Below are positions 17,463-25,841 of a stretch of 42,310 nucleotides of DNA, in pieces. This stretch comes from Candidatus Moraniibacteriota bacterium (lineage in GTDB: Bacteria; Patescibacteriota; Minisyncoccia; Moranbacterales; GWC2-37-73). Under the pieces are notes generated by a model. The model did not search any database, was not told where the DNA came from, and saw only the letters and a program-made list of their open reading frames with translations. The stretch lies in contig JBBQCF010000003.1 of assembly GCA_038318455.1 (NCBI GenBank), positions 1 through 42,310 of the forward strand, in the 5' to 3' direction. Within the stretch, counting starts at the first letter, position 1, and the number at the start of each line of letters is the position of its first letter. A program made the position numbers and the translations under genes.

Positions 17463-19256
17463 ATGGTCGAAGGCAAGGAAATGCTAAGGGATTACAATAT
17501 AAATATACGCAGGCATAGCAATGAAAAAGGAAAATCATCCGAGTCTTTTGAACATGATGAGCATGATGAAGATGATGATGAAATTATTGTGCCAAATGTT
17601 AACAAAAAAAGAAAAAAGAAAAAAGAAAAAAACATTGAAATTGGAAATGGTGCAGAAACTGAAATGAGCGACGAAGAAAAAGAAAAGGAAATTGTTGAAT
17701 TGAAAAATGAGGCCAAAAAAATTCTTAAAAACGCATTGAATGAAAAAATGACCGAAAGGGTTTCAGCGGAAACTGTTTTTAACGTTAACAAAAAACCACT
17801 TCTAAGATCTGATATTTTTTATATGGGAAGCCACGCTGGCGAACAACTTTTGAATGATGAAAATGCTTTGGCTGAAATTGTTGAGAAAAAAAATAATGGA
17901 GATGCTGAAATTATTTCCCCTGAATATGAACAATGGATTTTAAACAAAATTAATACTGTTGATTTGAATAAGCTTGTTTTTCAAACTTTTATTTATAATG
18001 AAATTGGAAAAGAATTGGCACGCGCTAAAAAATCAATAGAAAACGGTGAAGTTGCTGACAGAGCATTGCGTCAGATTGATGGCGAAATTGATGAAAGCGT
18101 GCTGGTTGAAAATGTGATGAAAAGCATCTCTGATGAGAGCATAGTTTTGCAAGATTTCTTGAAACAGAGAAGCAAAAAGAAAGATGCCGGATTGATTGCA
18201 AAATCAAGAGAAGAAATAGCTCGCTATATTCATCGCGAAGTCGGGGAGACTTTGTTTGTGGATGAATCATTGGACGTACCAATAAAGATCGGAGGTCAAG
18301 CTAGTAGCAATGAGGTTGAAGAAATAAAAGAACCTGTAGTTATTGAGGTTGAAAATGAAGATAATATTATTGAAATAGAAAAACAAGAACCGATTATTAT
18401 TGATAATAATGTAGAGGTTATTAGTGAATTGGCGGATGTCGCTGAAAATGAAACTGAAAAGAATAAGCAACAGGAAGAGCCGATCGATGGACTTGAACAT
18501 GTTGATAATTTTAATGTTAGCGATGTGAAAGTTGAAAATAATAACAAGGCAAAGGAAAGATTGTTGGAATTATTCATGCGAGAGCAAGAAAAAATGGAGG
18601 AAGATGTTCTTCGTGCAATACTTGAAACAACTTATGATGGAAATCTTGATTTGAATGAGGCGGAAAAACGCTGGGATGAAAATATTAAGGGAAAAATGGA
18701 AGTCTTACTGAACAACAGTGGTTTTGTGGATGCCCTTGAAAACGAAGAGCAAGCTGAAGAATATTGGGAGCGCCTCAAGGAAATGCAAATGCTTGCCCAT
18801 GAAATTTTGTCGCTAAAGGAAAGAGGAAAGGTTTGCGTTATTCACGACGGAAAAACTTATTTTATTGATAAAAAAGAGGATGCAGGAGGCAGTGACTCCT
18901 TGGAAGTAAAAAATGACCAGATTGAGGAGGCGATTGTTGAGACAAAAGAAGAAGAAAGTGGTATAATAAAATCAGAAGAATTAGAAAGTCTGCATGCTTG
19001 GGACTCACTTCGTGAGAATCCTGAAAAATTTGAACTTATTATTGGTGAATTAAGAAGGATATACAGTGAAGTCGTTAAGCTTATGTTAATAAATGAGGAG
19101 GTTAAAAAAGCTGATGATAATAAGAAAGAATCAATATTAAGAGGAACTATGGATATGGGCGTGGAAATTATTATTGAAAAATATCATCTAACGAATGATG
19201 AATCTGAAATAACCAATCTAAAAAACCATTTTTTTAATGAGGTGCATAAATTGTAA
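17463..19256 (+). CDS. large acidic, largely helical hypothetical protein
   Basis: 597-aa ORF, very E/K/N-rich, no TM evident; alternative start at 17481. Confidence 0.75.
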   Translation: MVEGKEMLRDYNINIRRHSNEKGKSSESFEHDEHDEDDDEIIVPNVNKKRKKKKEKNIEIGNGAETEMSDEEKEKEIVELKNEAKKILKNALNEKMTERVSAETVFNVNKKPLLRSDIFYMGSHAGEQLLNDENALAEIVEKKNNGDAEIISPEYEQWILNKINTVDLNKLVFQTFIYNEIGKELARAKKSIENGEVADRALRQIDGEIDESVLVENVMKSISDESIVLQDFLKQRSKKKDAGLIAKSREEIARYIHREVGETLFVDESLDVPIKIGGQASSNEVEEIKEPVVIEVENEDNIIEIEKQEPIIIDNNVEVISELADVAENETEKNKQQEEPIDGLEHVDNFNVSDVKVENNNKAKERLLELFMREQEKMEEDVLRAILETTYDGNLDLNEAEKRWDENIKGKMEVLLNNSGFVDALENEEQAEEYWERLKEMQMLAHEILSLKERGKVCVIHDGKTYFIDKKEDAGGSDSLEVKNDQIEEAIVETKEEESGIIKSEELESLHAWDSLRENPEKFELIIGELRRIYSEVVKLMLINEEVKKADDNKKESILRGTMDMGVEIIIEKYHLTNDESEITNLKNHFFNEVHKL

Positions 19257-19284
19257 ATAAGTATAAATATAAAAATAAATATTT

Positions 19285-21930
19285 ATGGGAACAATAGAAG
19301 CTGGATTAATTGGGAATGCTATGCAGAAAATAGCTGAAGAAGAAGCTGTAAAAAATGATGAAAGTCAATTTGATAGTGAGGGGAATAAAACTACTCTTGG
19401 CGGTGGTGCTAATTTTGCCAAGGATAATGAAACTGTAAAGTCAGTTAATGAATCTCAAAATCTTAATGATGTAGTAAATATTGATAGTGATCAAGCTGAA
19501 AGAATAAGAAAAATAAATGAAGATTCCGCGAGACTTAGGGCTAAAAATATTGAGAAAGGTTATACTAAAAAACCCAAACCTAAACATGAAATTAATAATG
19601 ATAATGAAGAGGAATTAAAAACAGGACTTCACAATAGAGAGGCGGATGACCGTAGAACAGATCGTAGAAACGAAACTATTGAAGTTTTAGATATGGATAA
19701 AGCTAAGTTGCAATATCAAGATTCCTTGGCTGCTTATGCGCAAACTGAATATAAGCATCGCACGACAATGCAGGGAATTCAGAAATTTTTTGGAAATAAG
19801 TTTTTAGGAAAAGCTGAAGATCATGCGGATGTTAAGGGTGATTTTAATCGTCTAAAGGATGATTTAGCTGTCTATCGTGATGCTTGGATTAGGGATATTC
19901 AAAATGATGAAAAATCAACCAAGGAATCTCGCCAAACAAGAATAGAAGAGATGATGACATTTTTTAATCATAAGGCAGTTATTGATTTATATGATGCACG
20001 TACTGGGGCAAAGGCAAGCGTTCTTTTTCATGGAGATAAAAATGGAAAAGATATAACATTGTCTGAAAAAGAAAGAAAAACTCCGCATGCGGAAAGAGAG
20101 AAAAAGGAAATTTCAGAAAATGATGGAAAAGAAAAAAAGAATATCAGAGATCTTATTTGCACTCCATTTAAAATGGGCTGGGCTGGTTTAGAGAAGATTG
20201 AACAAACCTATAATAAACTTCCACTTACAGCTAAGTTAGCAGCTAGTGCCGCTATCCTGCTTAGTGGTTCTTGGGCTTTAATTGCAGGTAAGCGATTCAT
20301 TGGAGCCGCAGCAACAGCTGTTGGTTCATCAAAAGGATTAGATGCCTTGCATCAACGCTCAATGAAAAAAGCATCTGATGCAGAAAACAAAGCTTTTTTG
20401 AGTGGTGAAGGTAAGGAAAATAAAAAGGAGGCTGATTTTGAAAAATTGCGCGCTTTACTTGGTGAAAAAATAGATCAAGTTGATGAAAAAATGAATAAGC
20501 ATAAAATTGCTTCTTTATTTAATAAATTTGCAGGAGTTGGAATTGGAGTGTTAATTGGCAGTGGGGCATTTTCAAAAATGTTAGGAGCTTCAGTTGCACA
20601 TGCTGGCGAATATTGGCAACATGGAAAAGAGGCTGTTAGTGGTGCTGTTGCTTCTGCTACTCATGAATCAGGCGCTTGGTCAATAAATGCTTTCGAGCAT
20701 AGTCATTCATTGGGCACAATGGAAAATCCCAATGCTCAAAATTGGTCAACTAATGCGTATGATCATGCTCAAGCTGTTCAAGCTGAAGGTGGAAAAACTT
20801 GGTCAACTAACGCCTTTGAGCATTCACAAAATATCCAAAATCAGGATGCAAAAGGTTGGTCAACTAATGCCTTTGAGCATTCTCAAGCAATACCGCCAGA
20901 AAATATTCCTAGCAAGGATGCTTTTGAATCCTTAACTATTGCGAAAGGAAGCAGTATTGAAGGTACTTTGAATAAATTCATGGAGGCAAATCATCCTGAA
21001 ATAAAGAATCATGGAGCTGTTGCACATAAAATGTATACAGCATACATGAAAGATTATATTGAAACACATCAAGATGAACTTACAAAATCAGGAAAACTTG
21101 CTGAATACAAGGAGATGCTAGCAACTGGACGAGTCAATATTCAACCGGGAGCTGAATTGAAAATAGTAGAGATCAATGGACAACCAGTATTAACTGAAAT
21201 TAAGGGTGATATTAAAATGCTTCATGGTGGAATTTTGCATATGGATGGTACTGGAAAATTGCCAGAAATCCCAGATGCGAAATTGCCAGACGTTTCTGTT
21301 GGAAAACTAGTGGAGAATTACCATGACAATCTTACACCAGAAAATATTATTAGTGGAAATGAGCCGCTGCCAGCACCAGAAAATACTACCAGCTTAATAA
21401 ATGATGCGATTGAACAGCATAAGCAGGAAGAAATTATAAATTCACATCAGGAAATTATTTCCTCACAGGAATCTTTTAAGTATGCTCATAATGATTATGC
21501 AAAGGCTATAGACAAAATTATGAGTGGTCATACAACTGAATCAAATATCTCCTCGCAACATGACGCAATGTCTTCAGCTGAAACCGTTATGAATCAGAGC
21601 GCTGAATATATAAAAAACACAACTGAATACAGAAGTGATTTGCGAAAATTAACTGATTCAATATATGAAACATTTAAATCTGGTGATAAGAATTTATTGC
21701 TAGAGAATCAGAATGTGGAATATGATCGTGCAATTGCGGATAATGAAATTGGCTCAAAATTGAAAGACTTTAGAGAAATTAGTTCGAACGTAATAAAGAA
21801 TAATGTGAAATATTATAATGGAAACTATGTTCCAACACTTAATCCTAGTGATGGTGAAACAGTTAAGCATTATATGCAAAGAGTTATTTTGCGAACTATT
21901 GAAAGCAAATATGGCATCTTAAGAGGTTAA
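19285..21930 (+). CDS. large membrane-associated protein with Gly/Ala-rich hydrophobic helices, internal repeats and a LysM-like segment
   Basis: 881 aa; AASAAILLSGSWALIAG and FAGVGIGVLIGSG segments; four WSTNAFEH-type repeats; LTIAKGSSI...NIQPGAELKI. Confidence 0.75.
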   Translation: MGTIEAGLIGNAMQKIAEEEAVKNDESQFDSEGNKTTLGGGANFAKDNETVKSVNESQNLNDVVNIDSDQAERIRKINEDSARLRAKNIEKGYTKKPKPKHEINNDNEEELKTGLHNREADDRRTDRRNETIEVLDMDKAKLQYQDSLAAYAQTEYKHRTTMQGIQKFFGNKFLGKAEDHADVKGDFNRLKDDLAVYRDAWIRDIQNDEKSTKESRQTRIEEMMTFFNHKAVIDLYDARTGAKASVLFHGDKNGKDITLSEKERKTPHAEREKKEISENDGKEKKNIRDLICTPFKMGWAGLEKIEQTYNKLPLTAKLAASAAILLSGSWALIAGKRFIGAAATAVGSSKGLDALHQRSMKKASDAENKAFLSGEGKENKKEADFEKLRALLGEKIDQVDEKMNKHKIASLFNKFAGVGIGVLIGSGAFSKMLGASVAHAGEYWQHGKEAVSGAVASATHESGAWSINAFEHSHSLGTMENPNAQNWSTNAYDHAQAVQAEGGKTWSTNAFEHSQNIQNQDAKGWSTNAFEHSQAIPPENIPSKDAFESLTIAKGSSIEGTLNKFMEANHPEIKNHGAVAHKMYTAYMKDYIETHQDELTKSGKLAEYKEMLATGRVNIQPGAELKIVEINGQPVLTEIKGDIKMLHGGILHMDGTGKLPEIPDAKLPDVSVGKLVENYHDNLTPENIISGNEPLPAPENTTSLINDAIEQHKQEEIINSHQEIISSQESFKYAHNDYAKAIDKIMSGHTTESNISSQHDAMSSAETVMNQSAEYIKNTTEYRSDLRKLTDSIYETFKSGDKNLLLENQNVEYDRAIADNEIGSKLKDFREISSNVIKNNVKYYNGNYVPTLNPSDGETVKHYMQRVILRTIESKYGILRG
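20677..20888 (+). repeat. four coding repeats W-S-[TI]-N-A-[FY]-[ED]-H-[SA]-[QH]
   Basis: Units begin at 20677, 20743, 20800 and 20857 (spacing 66, 57, 57), all in frame, with mostly synonymous variation. Confidence 0.85.
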
Positions 21931-21954
21931 AATAAATAATTTTAAAATAAAAAT

Positions 21955-22284
21955 ATGACAGATCAAAATGAAGAAATTTCAAATGTTCAATCCCAGGCGC
22001 TTGGTCAATTGATCAAGGATCTTGGAATTGACACGCTGGCTGAAGATAAGCAAAATGAGCTCATTATCAAAATGACAGAAGTTTTGCTTAAAAGAATTTT
22101 CATCGAGACCATGGATAAACTTGGCGAACAAGGGCGAGAAGAATATGAAAAAATTTCAGCAGGAGAAAATGTTGATCCAAAAATTGTAGAAACATTTTTC
22201 AAAGAAAAAATAAATAATTATGATGAAATGGTGCAAAAAATAATTGAAGAATTTAGAGCTGAAATGGTGCAGTCAAATGCATGA
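21955..22284 (+). CDS. small acidic helical protein (DUF5663-like)
   Basis: LGIDTLAEDKQNELIIKMTEVLLKRIFIETMDKL...INNYDEMVQKIIEEFR resembles DUF5663 proteins; recognised from memory. Confidence 0.65.
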   Translation: MTDQNEEISNVQSQALGQLIKDLGIDTLAEDKQNELIIKMTEVLLKRIFIETMDKLGEQGREEYEKISAGENVDPKIVETFFKEKINNYDEMVQKIIEEFRAEMVQSNA

Positions 22285-22468
22285 ATCATAGAACATGGAA
22301 CATGGAGCATAAAGCATGAAACATAGAACACAAAACAATGAATGTAGGGTATAAAAGTATAATATGATAACTAGGAGGAGTAAATTTTAAATTAAAATTG
22401 ATGCATGACGCATGAACTGTGGGTTTTTTGATCCATGAGCCATGAGCCATGTTTTATGATCTGATATG
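22280..22468. repeat. intergenic CATGRAN heptamer arrays spanning stop codon to start codon
   Basis: Nine units at 22280-22342 (CATGAAT CATAGAA CATGGAA CATGGAG CATAAAG CATGAAA CATAGAA CACAAAA CAATGAA), two at 22404-22417, and CATGAGC CATGAGC CATGTTT TATGATC from 22434. Confidence 0.85.
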
Positions 22469-22891
22469 GAACCAATAGATGAAAGTGATTTGGACTTGAA
22501 AGCTAAAATCGGAGGCAATATTGAAGGGCAACTGTCTCGAGAAGAAAAAATAACACCATTAAAAGTTGAGCAAGAAACTCCTCAAGAAGTTATTTCCGCA
22601 GAAAAAGATAATTCTTACGGTAAGATTTTATCTAAAGTTCAAACACAAGTTACGAATGAGGTTGATCAAAATATGGTTATAGCTGATGCGCAAATTGGTT
22701 CTCAAAAAATTGATGCCGAATCAAGAGTGCAGCATTTGGTTGATATTGCAGGACAAAAAGGAATCGTGCATGCAGTGAAAGTTGCCCAGCATATGGATGA
22801 TAATTACACCCTAGACACTTTTCATGATCAAATGCTTGTTGATGAATTTCATGATGCTTTGGTTAAAAAAGGAATGATAAAGGAATTATAG
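22466..22891 (+). CDS. hypothetical protein
   Basis: 141 aa; charged N-terminus and folded-looking C-terminus LVDIAGQKGIVHAVKVAQHMDDNYTLDTFHD. Confidence 0.75.
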   Translation: MEPIDESDLDLKAKIGGNIEGQLSREEKITPLKVEQETPQEVISAEKDNSYGKILSKVQTQVTNEVDQNMVIADAQIGSQKIDAESRVQHLVDIAGQKGIVHAVKVAQHMDDNYTLDTFHDQMLVDEFHDALVKKGMIKEL

Positions 22892-22906
22892 TTATATTAC
22901 AATTTG

Positions 22907-22990
22907 TGTCATCCCCGCGAAAGCGGGGATCCAGGTTTTAGCTCGGTCGTAGAAATAAATCCTAGATTCCCAATCGAGTTGGGAATGACA
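22907..22990. repeat. 84-bp palindromic MITE/REP-like element
   Basis: Termini TGTCATCCCC...GGGAATGACA; internal hairpins ATCCCCGC-GAAA-GCGGGGAT and ATTCCCAA-TCGAG-TTGGGAAT; similar in form to dRS3/RPE-type repeats. Confidence 0.8.
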
Positions 22991-23028
22991 AGTGTGGAAA
23001 TATAAAAAATAAAAAAAACAAAACAAAA

Positions 23029-25512
23029 ATGGACACTATTGATTTAAACATATTCCTGCTTCCACTGACTTGGTTTTTTTCTTTAGTCACACTTTTTAGT
23101 GGTGGTTTTTTGGTGCTTCGCAGTTTTATTAATTATCGCGCACAGATAAACCGCTCAATGAATATGGATCTTGAAGTTGTGCGTGTCACGAAAATTTTCA
23201 AAGAAAAAGGTGTGCAAAATGCTGCAAATGCTGATGAGTGGAAAGCGGAAATTGGAGCAATGGAACAACTGCTCACAACTCTTGCCAATATCAAAGAGAA
23301 GCAATCAATAATTTCACATTTTTTATACAGTGATCCATATATTGCTCTAGAAATTGCTAATCCCTCCAATAGTGAGGAGATTTCCTTTTACTTGTCAGTT
23401 CCCAAAAAATTCAGAGACAGTATTGAAAAACAAGTCCATTCATATTTTCCACAGGCATCCATTGAGAAAATTCCTGACTATACCATCTTTTCTCCAGGTA
23501 GCTTCACTTCAGCTGCAACTCTTGGTCTGAAAAAAACCCATGCTTTGCCAGTTTTGACATATGAAAATATTGATATCGATCCTTTGAATGAAATTTCAAA
23601 TGCGCTTAGCAAGCTTCACTCTGAAAATGAAGGAGCTGCGGTGCAACTTGTGCTTCGCCCTGCTGGCAACAATTGGCGCAAACTTGGGCGAGGAATTGCA
23701 CACAAAATGCAACAGGGAAAAAGATTGAAAGATGCACATTCTGATTCGCTAGCCATGGATCTCGGAAAAGGTATGGTGCAAGTTATTCAAAATAAGCCAA
23801 AAGATCAGATAGTTAACAAGGAAGCGGTACAACTTACGCCAGAAGAACAAGAATTGATCAAAAAGATCGAGTCCAAATCATCCAAGGCTGGCTTCAAGGT
23901 CAATATTAGATTAGTTGTGAGTGCGATGAATCAACAAAGGTCTGATGAAATTTTGGCGCATATTGAAAATTCTTTTGCACAATTTGAGAACCATGAGGTG
24001 AATCATTTCATTGTGCAAAAAAGAATGAAATCTAAGAAAATTGCTTTTGATTATATTTTCAGGAATTTTGACGAAGAACATGCGATTATATTATCTACCG
24101 AAGAAATTGCTGGTATTTATCATTTTCCAATTTCTACTACCGAAACTCCAAAGATAAAATGGCAAAAAGCTGGAGCTGCTCCACCACCACTTAACATTCC
24201 AAAGGAAGGTCTTATTCTTGGCTATAACAATTATCGTGGCACCAAAACTGAAATAAGAATGACTGATTCTGATCGAAGAAGGCATTTATATGCAATTGGT
24301 CAAACTGGAACAGGAAAAACTGTTTTCTTACAGGAACTTGCCAAGCAAGATGCAAGAAATGGAAAAGGATTTTGCTTTATAGATCCACATGGCGATGCAA
24401 TTGAGGACATTTTAGCTTCGATTCCAAAAGAGCGCGCTGAAGATGTGATCGTTTTTGATCCATCCGACATGGAAAGACCCTTTGGACTTAATATGTTGGA
24501 ATATGACCCAGCTCATCCAGAGCAAAAAACATTTGTCATCAATGAAATGATTGGTATCTTCGATCAATTATATGACCTGAAGGCAACTGGTGGTCCGATG
24601 TTTGAACAATATGTCAGAAATGCAATGCTTCTTATTATGGAAGATCCAGAATCAGGCAGCACACTGATGGAGATTTCCAAAGTGCTTGCAGACGAAGATT
24701 TTAGAAAAATGAAACTTTCCAAATGTAAAAATCCTGTGGTGATGGATTTTTGGACCAAGGAAGCTGAAAAAGCTGGAGGGGAAGCAGCTCTTGCTAATAT
24801 GGTTCCATATATCACTTCCAAACTGACGACTTTCATTTCCAATGACATGATGCGTCCGATTATTGCTCAACAAAAAAGCACTATCAATTTTAGGGAAATT
24901 ATGGACACAGGAAAAATTTTATTGGTTAAGCTCTCCAAGGGAAAAATTGGAGAAATTAATGCACATCTTCTGGGTATGGTTATTGTGGGTAAGATTTTGA
25001 TGGCAGCCTTGGGACGAGGCGATATGCCAGAAGAAGAACGCCGAGATTTCTATTTGTATTTGGATGAATTTCAAAATGTTACCACTAATTCTATTTCACA
25101 AATTCTTTCCGAAGCTCGTAAATATCATTTGTGTCTTAATATCGCGCATCAATTTATTGGACAACTTAGTGAAGATATTTCCAAGGCTGTCTTTGGTAAT
25201 GTTGGTTCGATGGTGATCTTGCGTGTTGGTCCTGAAGATGCAGAATTTTTGGAAAAACAATTGGCACCAATTTTTACGGCTAATGATTTGGTAAACGTGG
25301 ATAATCGCAAAGGATTTGCAAGAGTGCTTATTAATAACGAGCTTTCAAAGCCATTTAGTCTGGATACTAATGATATGACAAAAGGTAACCAAGAAGCTGC
25401 AAATTACTTAAAAGAACTCTCAAGACTTAAATACGGTCGCGACGCTGCGATTGTTAATCGTGAAATCATGCAACGCGCTCAATTTGCAAGGCAAAGCATG
25501 AAAGAAGCGTAA
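23029..25512 (+). CDS. VirD4/TraG/TrwB-like (HerA/FtsK superfamily) membrane-anchored ATPase
   Basis: 827 aa; N-terminal TM; DRRRHLYAIGQTGTGKT (Walker A), FIDPHGD, LYLDEFQN (Walker B), ILSEARKY, HQFIGQL, FGNVGS. Confidence 0.88.
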   Translation: MDTIDLNIFLLPLTWFFSLVTLFSGGFLVLRSFINYRAQINRSMNMDLEVVRVTKIFKEKGVQNAANADEWKAEIGAMEQLLTTLANIKEKQSIISHFLYSDPYIALEIANPSNSEEISFYLSVPKKFRDSIEKQVHSYFPQASIEKIPDYTIFSPGSFTSAATLGLKKTHALPVLTYENIDIDPLNEISNALSKLHSENEGAAVQLVLRPAGNNWRKLGRGIAHKMQQGKRLKDAHSDSLAMDLGKGMVQVIQNKPKDQIVNKEAVQLTPEEQELIKKIESKSSKAGFKVNIRLVVSAMNQQRSDEILAHIENSFAQFENHEVNHFIVQKRMKSKKIAFDYIFRNFDEEHAIILSTEEIAGIYHFPISTTETPKIKWQKAGAAPPPLNIPKEGLILGYNNYRGTKTEIRMTDSDRRRHLYAIGQTGTGKTVFLQELAKQDARNGKGFCFIDPHGDAIEDILASIPKERAEDVIVFDPSDMERPFGLNMLEYDPAHPEQKTFVINEMIGIFDQLYDLKATGGPMFEQYVRNAMLLIMEDPESGSTLMEISKVLADEDFRKMKLSKCKNPVVMDFWTKEAEKAGGEAALANMVPYITSKLTTFISNDMMRPIIAQQKSTINFREIMDTGKILLVKLSKGKIGEINAHLLGMVIVGKILMAALGRGDMPEEERRDFYLYLDEFQNVTTNSISQILSEARKYHLCLNIAHQFIGQLSEDISKAVFGNVGSMVILRVGPEDAEFLEKQLAPIFTANDLVNVDNRKGFARVLINNELSKPFSLDTNDMTKGNQEAANYLKELSRLKYGRDAAIVNREIMQRAQFARQSMKEA

Positions 25513-25551
25513 TATTTATTGTTAGGATAATTTTTTAAAAGTATAAATTAT

Positions 25552-25671
25552 ATGGCAGTAGAAAATGAAGGTGAGAAATATACCTGCTCTATTTGTGGCA
25601 ATGAGGTTGAGGTAACAAAGGCTGGCGGTGGAACCCTGGTTTGTTGTGGGCAAGATATGGACAAGGCATAA
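25552..25671 (+). CDS. desulforedoxin-type Fe(Cys)4 small protein (39 aa, not in ORF track)
   Basis: MAVENEGEKYTCSICGNEVEVTKAGGGTLVCCGQDMDKA, matching Y-x-C-x2-CGN...GGG-x-L-x-CCG-x2-M. Confidence 0.9.
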   Translation: MAVENEGEKYTCSICGNEVEVTKAGGGTLVCCGQDMDKA

Positions 25672-25712
25672 ACGTGTTCGCTTGAAGTGAAAATACAAAA
25701 AATTCTTATATC

Positions 25713-25740
25713 ATAAAACGGCTATGGATAGCCGTTTTAT
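25713..25740 (+). terminator. intrinsic terminator
   Basis: ATAAAACGGCTAT-GG-ATAGCCGTTTTAT. Confidence 0.85.
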
Positions 25741-25749
25741 GTGTCTGTA

Positions 25750-25778
25750 TTGACATTTTATCAATTTTGGAGTATAAT
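25750..25778 (+). promoter_or_regulatory. perfect-consensus sigma70 promoter with no downstream same-strand gene
   Basis: TTGACA (25750-55)-17 bp-TATAAT (25773-78). Confidence 0.75.
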
Positions 25779-25784
25779 ATAATA

Positions 25785-25841
25785 TTGGGGTATTATTTCT
25801 ACTTTGCGCTACTGATTAGAGATTTCTAATCAGTATTTTTT
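25785..25841 (+). ncRNA. candidate ~55-nt small RNA (or micro-peptide mRNA)
   Basis: Bounded by the perfect promoter and the hairpin TACTGATTAGA-GATT-TCTAATCAGTA followed by T6. Confidence 0.4.

Noticed and set aside
17601-17632. NLS-like KKRKKKKEK in the 597-aa protein
   Set aside because: Explained by A-rich low-complexity sequence; nothing supports a eukaryotic target.
20677-20888. CRISPR-like array (four ~30-nt repeats with unique spacers)
   Set aside because: The repeats are in frame inside a long ORF, spaced by multiples of 3, differ mainly at synonymous positions and are not palindromic; no cas genes are nearby.
23029-25512. Conjugative element (ICE) or plasmid
   Set aside because: No relaxase, integrase, VirB4 or att-like repeats were seen, and the flanks are housekeeping genes.
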